64,000 nt of DNA from an uncultured Candidatus Saccharibacteria bacterium (GTDB lineage: Bacteria > Patescibacteriota > WWE3 > 2-01-FULL-39-13): the NCBI GenBank assembly GCA_964510925.1, contig CAZEDS010000003.1, positions 19,281-83,280 on the forward strand. The letters are read 5' to 3'. The notes under the pieces are model-generated. The model saw only the letters and a list, made by a program, of their open reading frames with translations. It was not told the origin of the DNA and did not search any database. Below, one piece after another: positions 30,903 through 39,332 of this stretch (its first letter is position 1; each line of letters opens with the position of its first letter). The position numbers and the translations under genes were made by a program.

Positions 30903-32333
30903 ATGTGCTCTAATGTTTATATGCATTTATCTCCACTTAAAATAAAAAAAATACCAAATCCACCTACGTCGATATTTAAAATGATAGGTCCAAGCATAAT
31001 CTTTGTAGGATTGGCACTTGGAAGCGGCGAATTGATAATGTGGCCATATTTGGTGTCTCACTATGGATTGGGAATTATTTGGGGTGCATTAATTGGTATC
31101 ACAATGCAATTTTTCTTAAACACTGAAATCTTGCGATATACATTGGCAAACGGGGAAAGTATTTTTGTTGGTTTTGCTCGAATTTTTAAGAAAATACCAA
31201 TTTGGTTTGTTGTTTCAACAATCGTTGCCTGGTCATGGCCTGGATTTGCTTCTTCATCTGCAGAGCTTTTAACTTTTTTTGGTATTGAAAATGCAAATTT
31301 AATTTCAATGTTAATGCTTTTGCTAATAGGAATAATTTTAACTTCCGGCAAAAATGTATATAAAACAGTTGAAAATATAGAAAAAGTCCTCGTCGTTGTC
31401 GGTATTAGCTCAATATTTTTAATTGCATTTTACGTTGTGGATGCACAGGCTGTTAAAAGTTTATTATTAGGATTGATTGGAATAGGGGAAGGTTATTTTA
31501 TATTGCCTTTTGCTGATGAAAATTTCCCTTACGCAAGTTTTTTAGCAGCTTTAGCATACGCAGGTGCAGGTGGAAATTTACTTTTAGCTCAATCCTTTTA
31601 TGTAAAAGAAAAAGGCTATGGTATGGGAGTTTTTTCATCAAAGATTAGCAACCTTTTAGACGGAAAAGACCAAAAACTTTCAATCGAAGGTGCAACTTTT
31701 AAACCTATCGATACTGAGCTCTCAAAATTTAACAAATGGTGGAATTTTGCATATAAAGAGCATTTAATAGTATTTTGGGGCTTAGGGTTACTTACGATGC
31801 TCTTGTTGGCGTTAATATCTTATTCAACAGCTTTCAGCAATACTTCAATAAAATCTTCTGGAATCGGATTTTTATTTGAACAAGCCAATATCATAAATTC
31901 AACCATACATCCGTTGCTAGGTTCATTTTTACTGTTAATAACTGCATTGATGCTTTTTTCGACACAACTGACTGTAATCGACGCTGCAGGGCGAATTATC
32001 GCAGAAAACATTGCCATCTTAGGAAAAAGCTTTTTACAAGCATCGGATTTAGCCAAATATTATTTTGTTTCAGTTTGGTCAATCATTACCTTTGGAATCG
32101 GAACTTTAATGTTAGGCTTTGATCAACCTTATACTTTGCTTATTGTCGGAGCAATCATTAACGCGGTTTGTATGTTTGTGTTCTCTGGAATCCTTATTAA
32201 AACCAACGTTAAGCTTTTACATAACGAATTGCACCCACATCCTTACAAAAGGCTTATTATATATGGAATTTTTGGGTTATTGGGTCTTTTCTGTACGTTT
32301 GTTATTGGGGATGCGATATTAAAAGGGTTTTGA
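30903..32333 (+). CDS. Nramp-superfamily (YcsG-like) transporter
   Basis: GPSIIFVGLALGSGELIMWP, YTLANGES, multiple TM segments. Confidence 0.8.
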   Translation: MCSNVYMHLSPLKIKKIPNPPTSIFKMIGPSIIFVGLALGSGELIMWPYLVSHYGLGIIWGALIGITMQFFLNTEILRYTLANGESIFVGFARIFKKIPIWFVVSTIVAWSWPGFASSSAELLTFFGIENANLISMLMLLLIGIILTSGKNVYKTVENIEKVLVVVGISSIFLIAFYVVDAQAVKSLLLGLIGIGEGYFILPFADENFPYASFLAALAYAGAGGNLLLAQSFYVKEKGYGMGVFSSKISNLLDGKDQKLSIEGATFKPIDTELSKFNKWWNFAYKEHLIVFWGLGLLTMLLLALISYSTAFSNTSIKSSGIGFLFEQANIINSTIHPLLGSFLLLITALMLFSTQLTVIDAAGRIIAENIAILGKSFLQASDLAKYYFVSVWSIITFGIGTLMLGFDQPYTLLIVGAIINAVCMFVFSGILIKTNVKLLHNELHPHPYKRLIIYGIFGLLGLFCTFVIGDAILKGF

Positions 32334-32358
32334 CAAGAAACAGAAAAAACGGGTCAAG

Positions 32359-32479
32359 AACGGGTCTGACCCGTTTTATTAAATCTTAATGTTTGTGTTA
32401 GCTCTTAAAAAGCTAAATTGCAAAGAACCGAGTTAGATATTAGAATATTACAAGTTCATAAAACGGGTCAGACCCGTTT
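32359..32479. repeat. REP-like palindrome doublet upstream of tRNA-Gly(GCC)
   Basis: AACGGGTCTGACCCGTT at 32359 and its inverted copy AACGGGTCAGACCCGTT at 32462. Confidence 0.75.
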
Positions 32480-32487
32480 TTAGATAC

Positions 32488-32562
32488 GCGGGTGTCGTAT
32501 AATGGTTATTATGTTTCCTTGCCAAGGAAACGAAACGGGTTCGAATCCCGTCACCCGCTCCA
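32488..32562 (+). tRNA. tRNA-Gly(GCC)
   Basis: GCGGGTG...TTTCC-TT-GCC-AA-GGAAA...CACCCGCTCCA. Confidence 0.95.
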
Positions 32563-32629
32563 AATATTTGAACTAAATTTCCCTAAATAGTAAACTAGCT
32601 CCAATATATATTTATTGGAGGATTTCATT

Positions 32630-33010
32630 ATGTCAAAGTATATTGATGGCTTTGTGATAGTAATTCCAAAAGATAAAAAAGACGAATACAAAAAAATGGC
32701 AGAAGAAGGCAAAAACTCGTGGATGAAACATGGTGCGCTTGAATATTATGAGTGTAGAGGCGAAGATATGAAACCTCAAGAAATGGGTGATCAAAAAACA
32801 CGCAGTTTCCCAGAAATGACAGGTGCAAATGAAAATGAAGAAGTTTGGTTCTCCTTTATTGTTTTTAAATCTAAAGAACATAGAGACGAAGTTAATGCCA
32901 AAGTTATGGCAGAAATGAGTGAATTAATGTCAGACCAAAATGAGATGCAAATGCCATTTGATATGCATAAAATGGCTTATGGTGGTTTTCAATCAGAAAT
33001 TGAAAGTTAA
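32630..33010 (+). CDS. DUF1428 (YbaA-like) protein
   Basis: YIDGFVIVIP, HGALEYYEC, VWFSFIVFKSKEHRDEVN, MPFD.KMAYGGF; SD GGAGG before ATG 32630. Confidence 0.9.
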   Translation: MSKYIDGFVIVIPKDKKDEYKKMAEEGKNSWMKHGALEYYECRGEDMKPQEMGDQKTRSFPEMTGANENEEVWFSFIVFKSKEHRDEVNAKVMAEMSELMSDQNEMQMPFDMHKMAYGGFQSEIES

Positions 33011-33031
33011 TGAATATAATAAATTATTAAT

Positions 33032-33934
33032 ATGGATTTTACTGTTTTACTTTTTTATAAATATACACAAATCAATGACCCCGAAAAATTAATGCTAGAG
33101 CAAAAAGAGCTCTGTGCTAAATTGGGCATGAAGGGCAGAATGATAATTGCAAACGAAGGCGTAAATGCAACTTTCGAAGGAACTTCTGAAAACATTGATC
33201 AATATATAACTGAAATTAAAAAAGACTCAAGATTTGTTGATATACATTTCAAAAAAAGCGAAGGAACAGGGGAGTCATTTCCAAAATTATCTATAAAAGT
33301 CAGGCCAGAAATTGTTAGCGCTCACTTAAAAAATGAGGATTTTAATCCTAATCACACAACCGGAAAATACTTAAAACCTGAAGAACTTCACGAAATGTTT
33401 GAAAAAGGTGAGGAATTTTATATTGTCGATATGCGAAATGGTTACGAACAAAAATCAGGTTATTTTAAAGGCTCAATAAATTCAGAATTTGAAAATTTTA
33501 GAGATCTTCCAACAATTAAAAAAAAATTAGCTGACTTAAAAGACAAAAAAATAGTCACAGTTTGCACTGGCGGAATCCGTTGCGAAAAAGCTTCTGGCTA
33601 CCTAGTAAATGAAGGCTTTTCGAATGTTTACCAACTACAAGGAGGAATTCACACTTATATGGAGCAATATCCTGGCGAAAACTGGCTTGGCAAACTCTAT
33701 GTTTTTGATAAAAGAATTTTAATCGACTTTACAAAAGGCACAGATAAAAAGCATGAGATTGTCGGCAGGTGTACTGTTTGCGATGGATTAACTGAAAACT
33801 ATATTGATTGTGCAAGGCCTGAATGCCACAAACACCAGCTAGTTTGTCTTGATTGTATTGAAAAATTTGGCGGAAAAACTTTTTGTTCTGAAGAATGCAT
33901 GAAAATTGCTGCCAATCAACCAAAACAGGTCTGA
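33032..33934 (+). CDS. trhO: Rhodanese-domain tRNA U34 hydroxylase (YceA/TrhO)
   Basis: LLFYKY, GRMIIANEGVN, DMRNGYE, CTGGIRCEKAS, LQGGIHTY, YVFDKR. Confidence 0.9.
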   Translation: MDFTVLLFYKYTQINDPEKLMLEQKELCAKLGMKGRMIIANEGVNATFEGTSENIDQYITEIKKDSRFVDIHFKKSEGTGESFPKLSIKVRPEIVSAHLKNEDFNPNHTTGKYLKPEELHEMFEKGEEFYIVDMRNGYEQKSGYFKGSINSEFENFRDLPTIKKKLADLKDKKIVTVCTGGIRCEKASGYLVNEGFSNVYQLQGGIHTYMEQYPGENWLGKLYVFDKRILIDFTKGTDKKHEIVGRCTVCDGLTENYIDCARPECHKHQLVCLDCIEKFGGKTFCSEECMKIAANQPKQV

Positions 33935-34085
33935 CCCGATTTATTAAATGTTAATCAGCATAAATTTATAAGCCAGTTAACACTACTTAAGCCTGTACCT
34001 GAAATTTCAACAAAATAAACAAATTGATTAATACCCAATTAATTCGTAGAATATAGTCTGTTAATTAAACGGGTCAGACCCGTTT
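33924..34085. repeat. REP-like palindrome doublet upstream of tRNA-Gly(TCC)
   Basis: AACAGGTCTGACCCG (contains the trhO stop codon) and AAACGGGTCAGACCCGTTT at 34067. Confidence 0.75.
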
Positions 34086-34094
34086 GTTTAAATC

Positions 34095-34169
34095 GCGGGT
34101 ATCGTATAGTGGCTATTATGTCACCCTTCCAAGGTGAAGATGTGGGTTCGACTCCCACTACCCGCTCCA
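34095..34169 (+). tRNA. tRNA-Gly(TCC)
   Basis: GCGGGTA...TCACC-CT-TCC-AA-GGTGA...TACCCGCTCCA. Confidence 0.95.
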
Positions 34170-34285
34170 CAAAACATTTCACCTAAAAATCCTAAATTCA
34201 AAATATTCCAATTAGCCTTTATTCTAGCGACTTTAAATCTCTACTCTTATTTGATCCTAATAATTAATTGAACTATAGTGGTTGT

Positions 34286-34900
34286 ATGATTTACAAATAC
34301 GAACTTCCAAAACTAAATTATGCATATGATGCACTTGAACCATTTATCGATGCGAAAACGATGGAGATACATCACGCCAAACATCATCAAGCTTATATTG
34401 ACAAGCTCAATGCTGCTTTAGAAACTCAACCAGAAACCGCAAAAATTTCACTTGAAGAATTATTAAATGACTTAAACATGGTTCCAGAAAGTATTCGTTC
34501 GGCAGTTCAAAATCATGGTGGAGGCCATTTTAACCATTCATTTTTTTGGAATTTAATGTCTCCAAATCCAACAAAAGAACCAACCGAAAAACTTCAAACA
34601 AAACTCGACGAAACATTTGGTTCAATGGACAATTTTAAAACAGAATTCAAAAACGCAGCCTTAAACCGATTTGGAAGTGGCTGGACATGGCTCGTTATGA
34701 CTAATAATCAAGAATTAAAAATTATTTCGACAGCAAATCAAGATACTCCATTAGCTTTGGGACAAACTCCTCTATTGGGAATTGATGTTTGGGAACATGC
34801 CTATTATTTAAAATTCCAAAATAAACGTGGCGACTATATCGATAGCTGGTGGAATGTGTTGAATTGGGCTGTGGTTGACAGGAACTTCACTCAAAAATAA
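34286..34900 (+). CDS. sodA: Mn/Fe superoxide dismutase
   Basis: HHAKHH, NHGGGHFNHSFFW, DVWEHAYY; Mn-type GGG and ANQD signatures. Confidence 0.95.
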   Translation: MIYKYELPKLNYAYDALEPFIDAKTMEIHHAKHHQAYIDKLNAALETQPETAKISLEELLNDLNMVPESIRSAVQNHGGGHFNHSFFWNLMSPNPTKEPTEKLQTKLDETFGSMDNFKTEFKNAALNRFGSGWTWLVMTNNQELKIISTANQDTPLALGQTPLLGIDVWEHAYYLKFQNKRGDYIDSWWNVLNWAVVDRNFTQK

Positions 34901-34984
34901 TTACTTAGGTTCAAATAAGTAATACTTGCCATATAAATACTTGTGTGGCATACTTTCCGGTTTTATTAGTTAGTTTTAAAACAT

Positions 34985-35805
34985 ATGGAAAACCTTAGTG
35001 ATGATCAACAACTAATTTCAAGGAGACAATTGTTAAAAGGACTTGGAGCCATTGGCGCCGCAACAGCGATTACTACATTGCTACCGCGTGAAGCTTTAGC
35101 CTTATCAAGTAACAACGTTAATCTTGAACCTACCGCAGCAGATTTACAAATAATGGAAAAAAGAACAGCTGAATTATTACCTGCAGAAATAGTTCAATCA
35201 AAGATTGGCGAGCCTACGTGGATGGGTAGAGGTGCATGGGCAGGGAATTTTGCAAACAGAACATATGCTTATGAGAATTTTGCCCCCAATTTATTAGCTT
35301 CTTATATGCGGTCACATAGTTACTGTGCAATATCTCCAATCATTGTTCCTGCAATAAAAGATGGAATGGATCAAATTTTTTGGGAAACCGTGGGTAATAA
35401 ACAAACCCAAGAATTGAATAGTAATGATGCTTTAAATTTATATTGGGCATATGCAAGAAATAAAAAACTTTCAAATTTAGCCACAAGTTTAATTGGATTA
35501 GAGGTTATCTTTGAAGGGTGGGGAGTAACTAGAGCAATGATAAATGCTGATGTTTTAGCACTTAGGCATACGCAATTCATGAAGGTTATATCCCAAAAGA
35601 ATTAATTAACCCACAACTTCCAAAAAATGAAAGACCGTCCACTAATTTTGTTACAGACATCGATCCATACGAATTCACTTCAATGAAAAGAGCCGCAGTT
35701 GCTTATAATGGAACACATTCTGATTCATCAATTGATATTAATAATGTTGGAATACATATACCACATACAGAAAAGTGGGATCAAATTGCATCACTTACAT
35801 TTTAA
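34985..35805 (+). pseudogene. Twin-arginine-signal protein, apparently frameshifted
   Basis: SRRQLLKG signal with ALA cleavage site. Frame stops at 35605, but an overlapping -1 frame is open from 35566 to TAA 35805. Confidence 0.5.
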
Positions 35806-35814
35806 TTGAGCTTT

Positions 35815-36537
35815 TTATTTCTCCACAATCTCCACACCCAAGATCTTGACTGGGCTAACAGGTGATGAACCTTCACCAGATTGTTTTGTTTCAGCTGTAG
35901 CTATTTTATCTACGATATCTAAACCTTTTGTAGCTTGTCCGAAAATTGTGTAATTTTTTGGCAAAGCATAGTCAGCATGCATTATAAAAAATTGGCTTCC
36001 ATTTGTATTTGGACCCGCATTTGCCATTGCAATAGTGCCTCGTTTGTATTCGCCTGAAAATTTTTCATCAGCAAATTTATAGTTTGGACCACCAGTTCCT
36101 GTACCCAAAGGATCTCCACCTTGAATCATGAAACCGTCGATTACACGATGAAAAATCACATCATTATAAAAACCAATTCGAGCTAAATATACGAAATTAT
36201 TAACAGTTGCAGGAGTTTCAGATGCATTTAGATCTAATCCTATATCTCCAACACTAGTTTTTATAACTGCTGTATATTTTTTTGATTGATCAATAAGCAT
36301 CTCTGGTTTTGTTACAGCTAATTTTTCGTCGACAGTCATGGTTTTTCCTTTAGTAGAAGTATCTGCCTTAATCGTTGGTTTTGGAGTAGGGGTTACACTA
36401 ACATTTGCCTTTGGTGGAAGTGGTTTTTGATCTTCCTTACTAAAAACAAAATATGAAACTACTACAACAATAAGAACTAAAACAGATCCTATAATTAAAT
36501 AATTTTTTTGCTCACTTGTTGGCAAGTTTTCTTCCAT
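35815..36537 (-). CDS. Membrane-anchored cyclophilin-type PPIase
   Basis: FHRVIDGFMIQGGDP, AMANAGPNTNGSQFFI. Confidence 0.95.
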   Translation of the reverse strand: MEENLPTSEQKNYLIIGSVLVLIVVVVSYFVFSKEDQKPLPPKANVSVTPTPKPTIKADTSTKGKTMTVDEKLAVTKPEMLIDQSKKYTAVIKTSVGDIGLDLNASETPATVNNFVYLARIGFYNDVIFHRVIDGFMIQGGDPLGTGTGGPNYKFADEKFSGEYKRGTIAMANAGPNTNGSQFFIMHADYALPKNYTIFGQATKGLDIVDKIATAETKQSGEGSSPVSPVKILGVEIVEK

Positions 36538-36645
36538 AAAAACGATACTATATTGAATGGATTTAAATGTCTATTACCTAATAGTTATAAATTAAATGAG
36601 AAATCAAAATCCAAAAATGCTAGAATATTCTAACTTGATTAATCA

Positions 36646-36722
36646 GGGCGATTAGCTCAGCTGGTTAGAGCATTCGGCTTACATCCGAAAGGTCAAAGGT
36701 TCGAATCCTTTATCGCCCACCA
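36646..36722 (+). tRNA. tRNA-Val(TAC)
   Basis: GGGCGAT...TTCGG-CT-TAC-AT-CCGAA...ATCGCCCACCA. Confidence 0.95.
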
Positions 36723-36842
36723 ATTTCTATCAAAACTCCAACAATATAATCATTCCAAATAACTAAACTCAAATGCTATAATTCTGCTAGTTGCTCAGCG
36801 AGAAGGTTTGCTTAACGCACCAACTCGAAAAACTAAAAGTAA

Positions 36843-36927
36843 GCCGAGGTGGTGGAACTGGCAGACACGCAGTCTTGAGGGGGCTGTACCGCAAGGTGTG
36901 GAGGTTCAAGTCCTCTTCTCGGCACCA
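36843..36927 (+). tRNA. tRNA-Leu(GAG)
   Basis: GCCGAGG...CAGTC-TT-GAG-GG-GGCTG, variable arm, GGCACCA. Confidence 0.95.
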
Positions 36928-37101
36928 ATTTGTTATGAACGCAGTGAATTAGAAATTGGGGTACTCGTAGGGTGCACCAAATACTTAGGAGCGTAGCGAG
37001 TTAGTATTTGGGGTGTCACGTAGTGACCACCAAGTTCATTTTTGAACAAAGTGAAAATTAGATTCTGGAGTACCCGCAGGGTGCACCAAATACTTAGGAG
37101 C
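36923..37101 (+). repeat. tRNA-Leu-anchored hairpin array, locus 2 (3 units plus a partial)
   Basis: CACCAA recurs at 36923, 36975, 37028 and 37084 (periods 52, 53, 56 nt). Confidence 0.85.
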
Positions 37102-37169
37102 AAATTAAGATTATCGAGGTGGCTTGCGTTTACGCGCCGACTCGGACAAAAACAAAAGAATAAAAATAG

Positions 37170-37254
37170 GCCGAGGTGGCGGAACTGGCAGACGCGCATG
37201 CCTTAGGAGCATGTATCGAAAGATGTGGAGGTTCAAGTCCTCTCCCCGGCACCA
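37170..37254 (+). tRNA. tRNA-Leu(TAG)
   Basis: GCCGAGG...CATGC-CT-TAG-GA-GCATG...CGGCACCA; one A:C mismatch in the acceptor stem. Confidence 0.92.
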
Positions 37255-37382
37255 TGAAGAACTGTTTACAAAATTCTTCAAATCATAATTTCATAATTGT
37301 CCAATATTCCCCTAAATATTTAAGGTCTCCTTTTTTAATGATGTAATAAAAGGAGATTTTATGATAACTTCTTTTTAAACAT

Positions 37383-37408
37383 CGACAAACTATCTAGATA
37401 GTTTGTCG
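37383..37408. promoter_or_regulatory. Perfect 26-bp palindrome upstream of the crt cluster (operator candidate)
   Basis: CGACAAACTATCTAGATAGTTTGTCG, ending 30 nt before the crtE start. Confidence 0.5.
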
Positions 37409-37437
37409 TTCCAAGATGTTTAACAATACTTAACAAT

Positions 37438-38475
37438 ATGGATATCGGAGATTTCATTAAGAAATTCGACACTTTATTACAAAATAATATACAAACCCAA
37501 TTAATTAAGCTAAAGAGTATTTCTGAAGACAATACGCTGGATATTTATTTACAGTCAATTCTTCCATTTATAAATTCAGGAAAGCGAATTAGGCCATATA
37601 TGGCAGCTTTGGCATATACAGATATGCCAAATAACAAATGGGAAGACATTTCTAACCAACTATTAGCGTTAGAGTACTTTCATGCATTTGCGTTAGTCCA
37701 TGATGACATAATGGATCGCAGTTTTACCCGCAGAGGAGTTCCAACCATTCACAGATATGTAAGTGATAAAATTGTTTCTCCGGATGCTACTCATTCCGGA
37801 TATAGCCAAGCAATCATCATAGGAGATTTATTACACTCGTTTTCGCAACAATTATTTATTAATTCAAAGAACCCAAATCTTGAATCAGCATATGAAGCGT
37901 TTTCAGAAATGTCTAATGAAGTAATGATTGGTCAGATGCTTGATCTGGATCTAATCAATCGATCAGCAGAAAGTGTTTCTACTGATTTAGTGGTAAAAAA
38001 AATGCTTTTAAAAACTGCAGGATATACATTTGTTAATCCTCTAAAAATTGGCTCCTTGTTGTCTGGTAGAAACAATAACCAATTCTATACTGAATTTGGA
38101 ACAGCTATCGGTCTAGCGTTCCAAATAAAAGACGACATTTTAGATGTTATTGGAACAAAAGAAGAAACTGGTAAAACACCTCTGTGCGATGTTAAGGAAG
38201 GCCAAATAACTATATTAACTGACTTTATTATTAAAAAAGGTAAAAAAGAACACAAAGATGCCTTACTTAAATATTTAGGAAAAGAATTTTTGGAAACAGA
38301 TCATAATAAAATAAGAAATATTTTTATCGAAGCAGGGGCAATAAATTATGCAGAAGAAATCGCTGCAACTAATCTTGATACGGCTAGAAAGCTACTTAGT
38401 TCATCAAATCTTTCTATGAAAACGCAAAAAGATTTAAATCATCTAATTGATAAACTCCAAACAAGAAAATCATGA
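37438..38475 (+). CDS. crtE: Polyprenyl (GGPP) synthase
   Basis: GKRIRP, LVHDDIMD..RRG, GQMLD, KTAGY, FQIKDD. Confidence 0.85.
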   Translation: MDIGDFIKKFDTLLQNNIQTQLIKLKSISEDNTLDIYLQSILPFINSGKRIRPYMAALAYTDMPNNKWEDISNQLLALEYFHAFALVHDDIMDRSFTRRGVPTIHRYVSDKIVSPDATHSGYSQAIIIGDLLHSFSQQLFINSKNPNLESAYEAFSEMSNEVMIGQMLDLDLINRSAESVSTDLVVKKMLLKTAGYTFVNPLKIGSLLSGRNNNQFYTEFGTAIGLAFQIKDDILDVIGTKEETGKTPLCDVKEGQITILTDFIIKKGKKEHKDALLKYLGKEFLETDHNKIRNIFIEAGAINYAEEIAATNLDTARKLLSSSNLSMKTQKDLNHLIDKLQTRKS

Positions 38476-39332
38476 CTGACTATAGCGAATACTTGTATGA
38501 TGTAGAATTTTGCAGACAAATACAAAGCAAATACGGAAAATCATATTACTTCGCTACAAAGCTTTTTCCAAAAGATATTAGAAACGCTACATATATTTTA
38601 TATGCATTTTTTAGAACCCCAGATGAAATCGTTGATAACCCTAAAATCTCTGATTCTCAAATTATAAAAGATGAACTTATAAAATGGAAAACAAAATGGG
38701 AAGAAGCAAAAATTGAAAAATCAGATAATCCGGTACTGCGAGCAACTGCAAATCTATTTAAAAAATATAAAATTCCAAATGAGTACGCCGATGCATTCTT
38801 GTTGGCAATGGTTCAAGATATTGAAAAAAAAAGATATAAAAATTATCAGGAGCTTGAAAATTATATGTATGGTTCAGCAGCAGTTGTAGGATTAATGATG
38901 ACTTATGTAATAGGTTATACAGAACCAAATGCATTAGAATACGCAAAAAAGTTAGGTTACGCAATGCAACTAACAAATTTTCTAAGAGATATTGATGAAG
39001 ACTATGTAAACCGTAACCGCATTTATATGCCACAAGATGAATTAGCAAAATTTAATTTGACAGAAAATGATATTGTTAACCAAAATATAAGCGATGATTT
39101 TATCAAATTTATGAAATGGCAAATCTCCAGAGCACGTCAACTATATTTAGAGTCTAATAATGGAATTAAATACTTATCAAAACGTGGTCAATTTGCAGTA
39201 AGGCTTGGAAGTGCACTGTATGAGTCAATTTTAGCTAAAATCGAAGAAGCAAACTATAATATTTTTAACAACAGAGTAAAAACCTCATTTTTAGAAAAAT
39301 GCATAATAACAACAAAACTAATAATAAAGTAA
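38472..39332 (+). CDS. crtB: Phytoene synthase
   Basis: KSYYFA, LYAFFRTPDEIVD, YGSAAVVG, MQLTNFLRDIDED, RIYMP. Confidence 0.95.
   Translation: MTDYSEYLYDVEFCRQIQSKYGKSYYFATKLFPKDIRNATYILYAFFRTPDEIVDNPKISDSQIIKDELIKWKTKWEEAKIEKSDNPVLRATANLFKKYKIPNEYADAFLLAMVQDIEKKRYKNYQELENYMYGSAAVVGLMMTYVIGYTEPNALEYAKKLGYAMQLTNFLRDIDEDYVNRNRIYMPQDELAKFNLTENDIVNQNISDDFIKFMKWQISRARQLYLESNNGIKYLSKRGQFAVRLGSALYESILAKIEEANYNIFNNRVKTSFLEKCIITTKLIIK

Noticed and set aside
36923-37101. CRISPR array interpretation of the periodic repeats
   Set aside because: No invariant repeat with unique spacers, whole units recur between loci, only 2-4 units per locus, and no cas genes in the window.
37115-37144. Hairpin beginning CGAGGTGGC, similar to the tRNA-Leu 5' end
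   Set aside because: Only 9 nt match and no cloverleaf; cannot be called a tRNA fragment.
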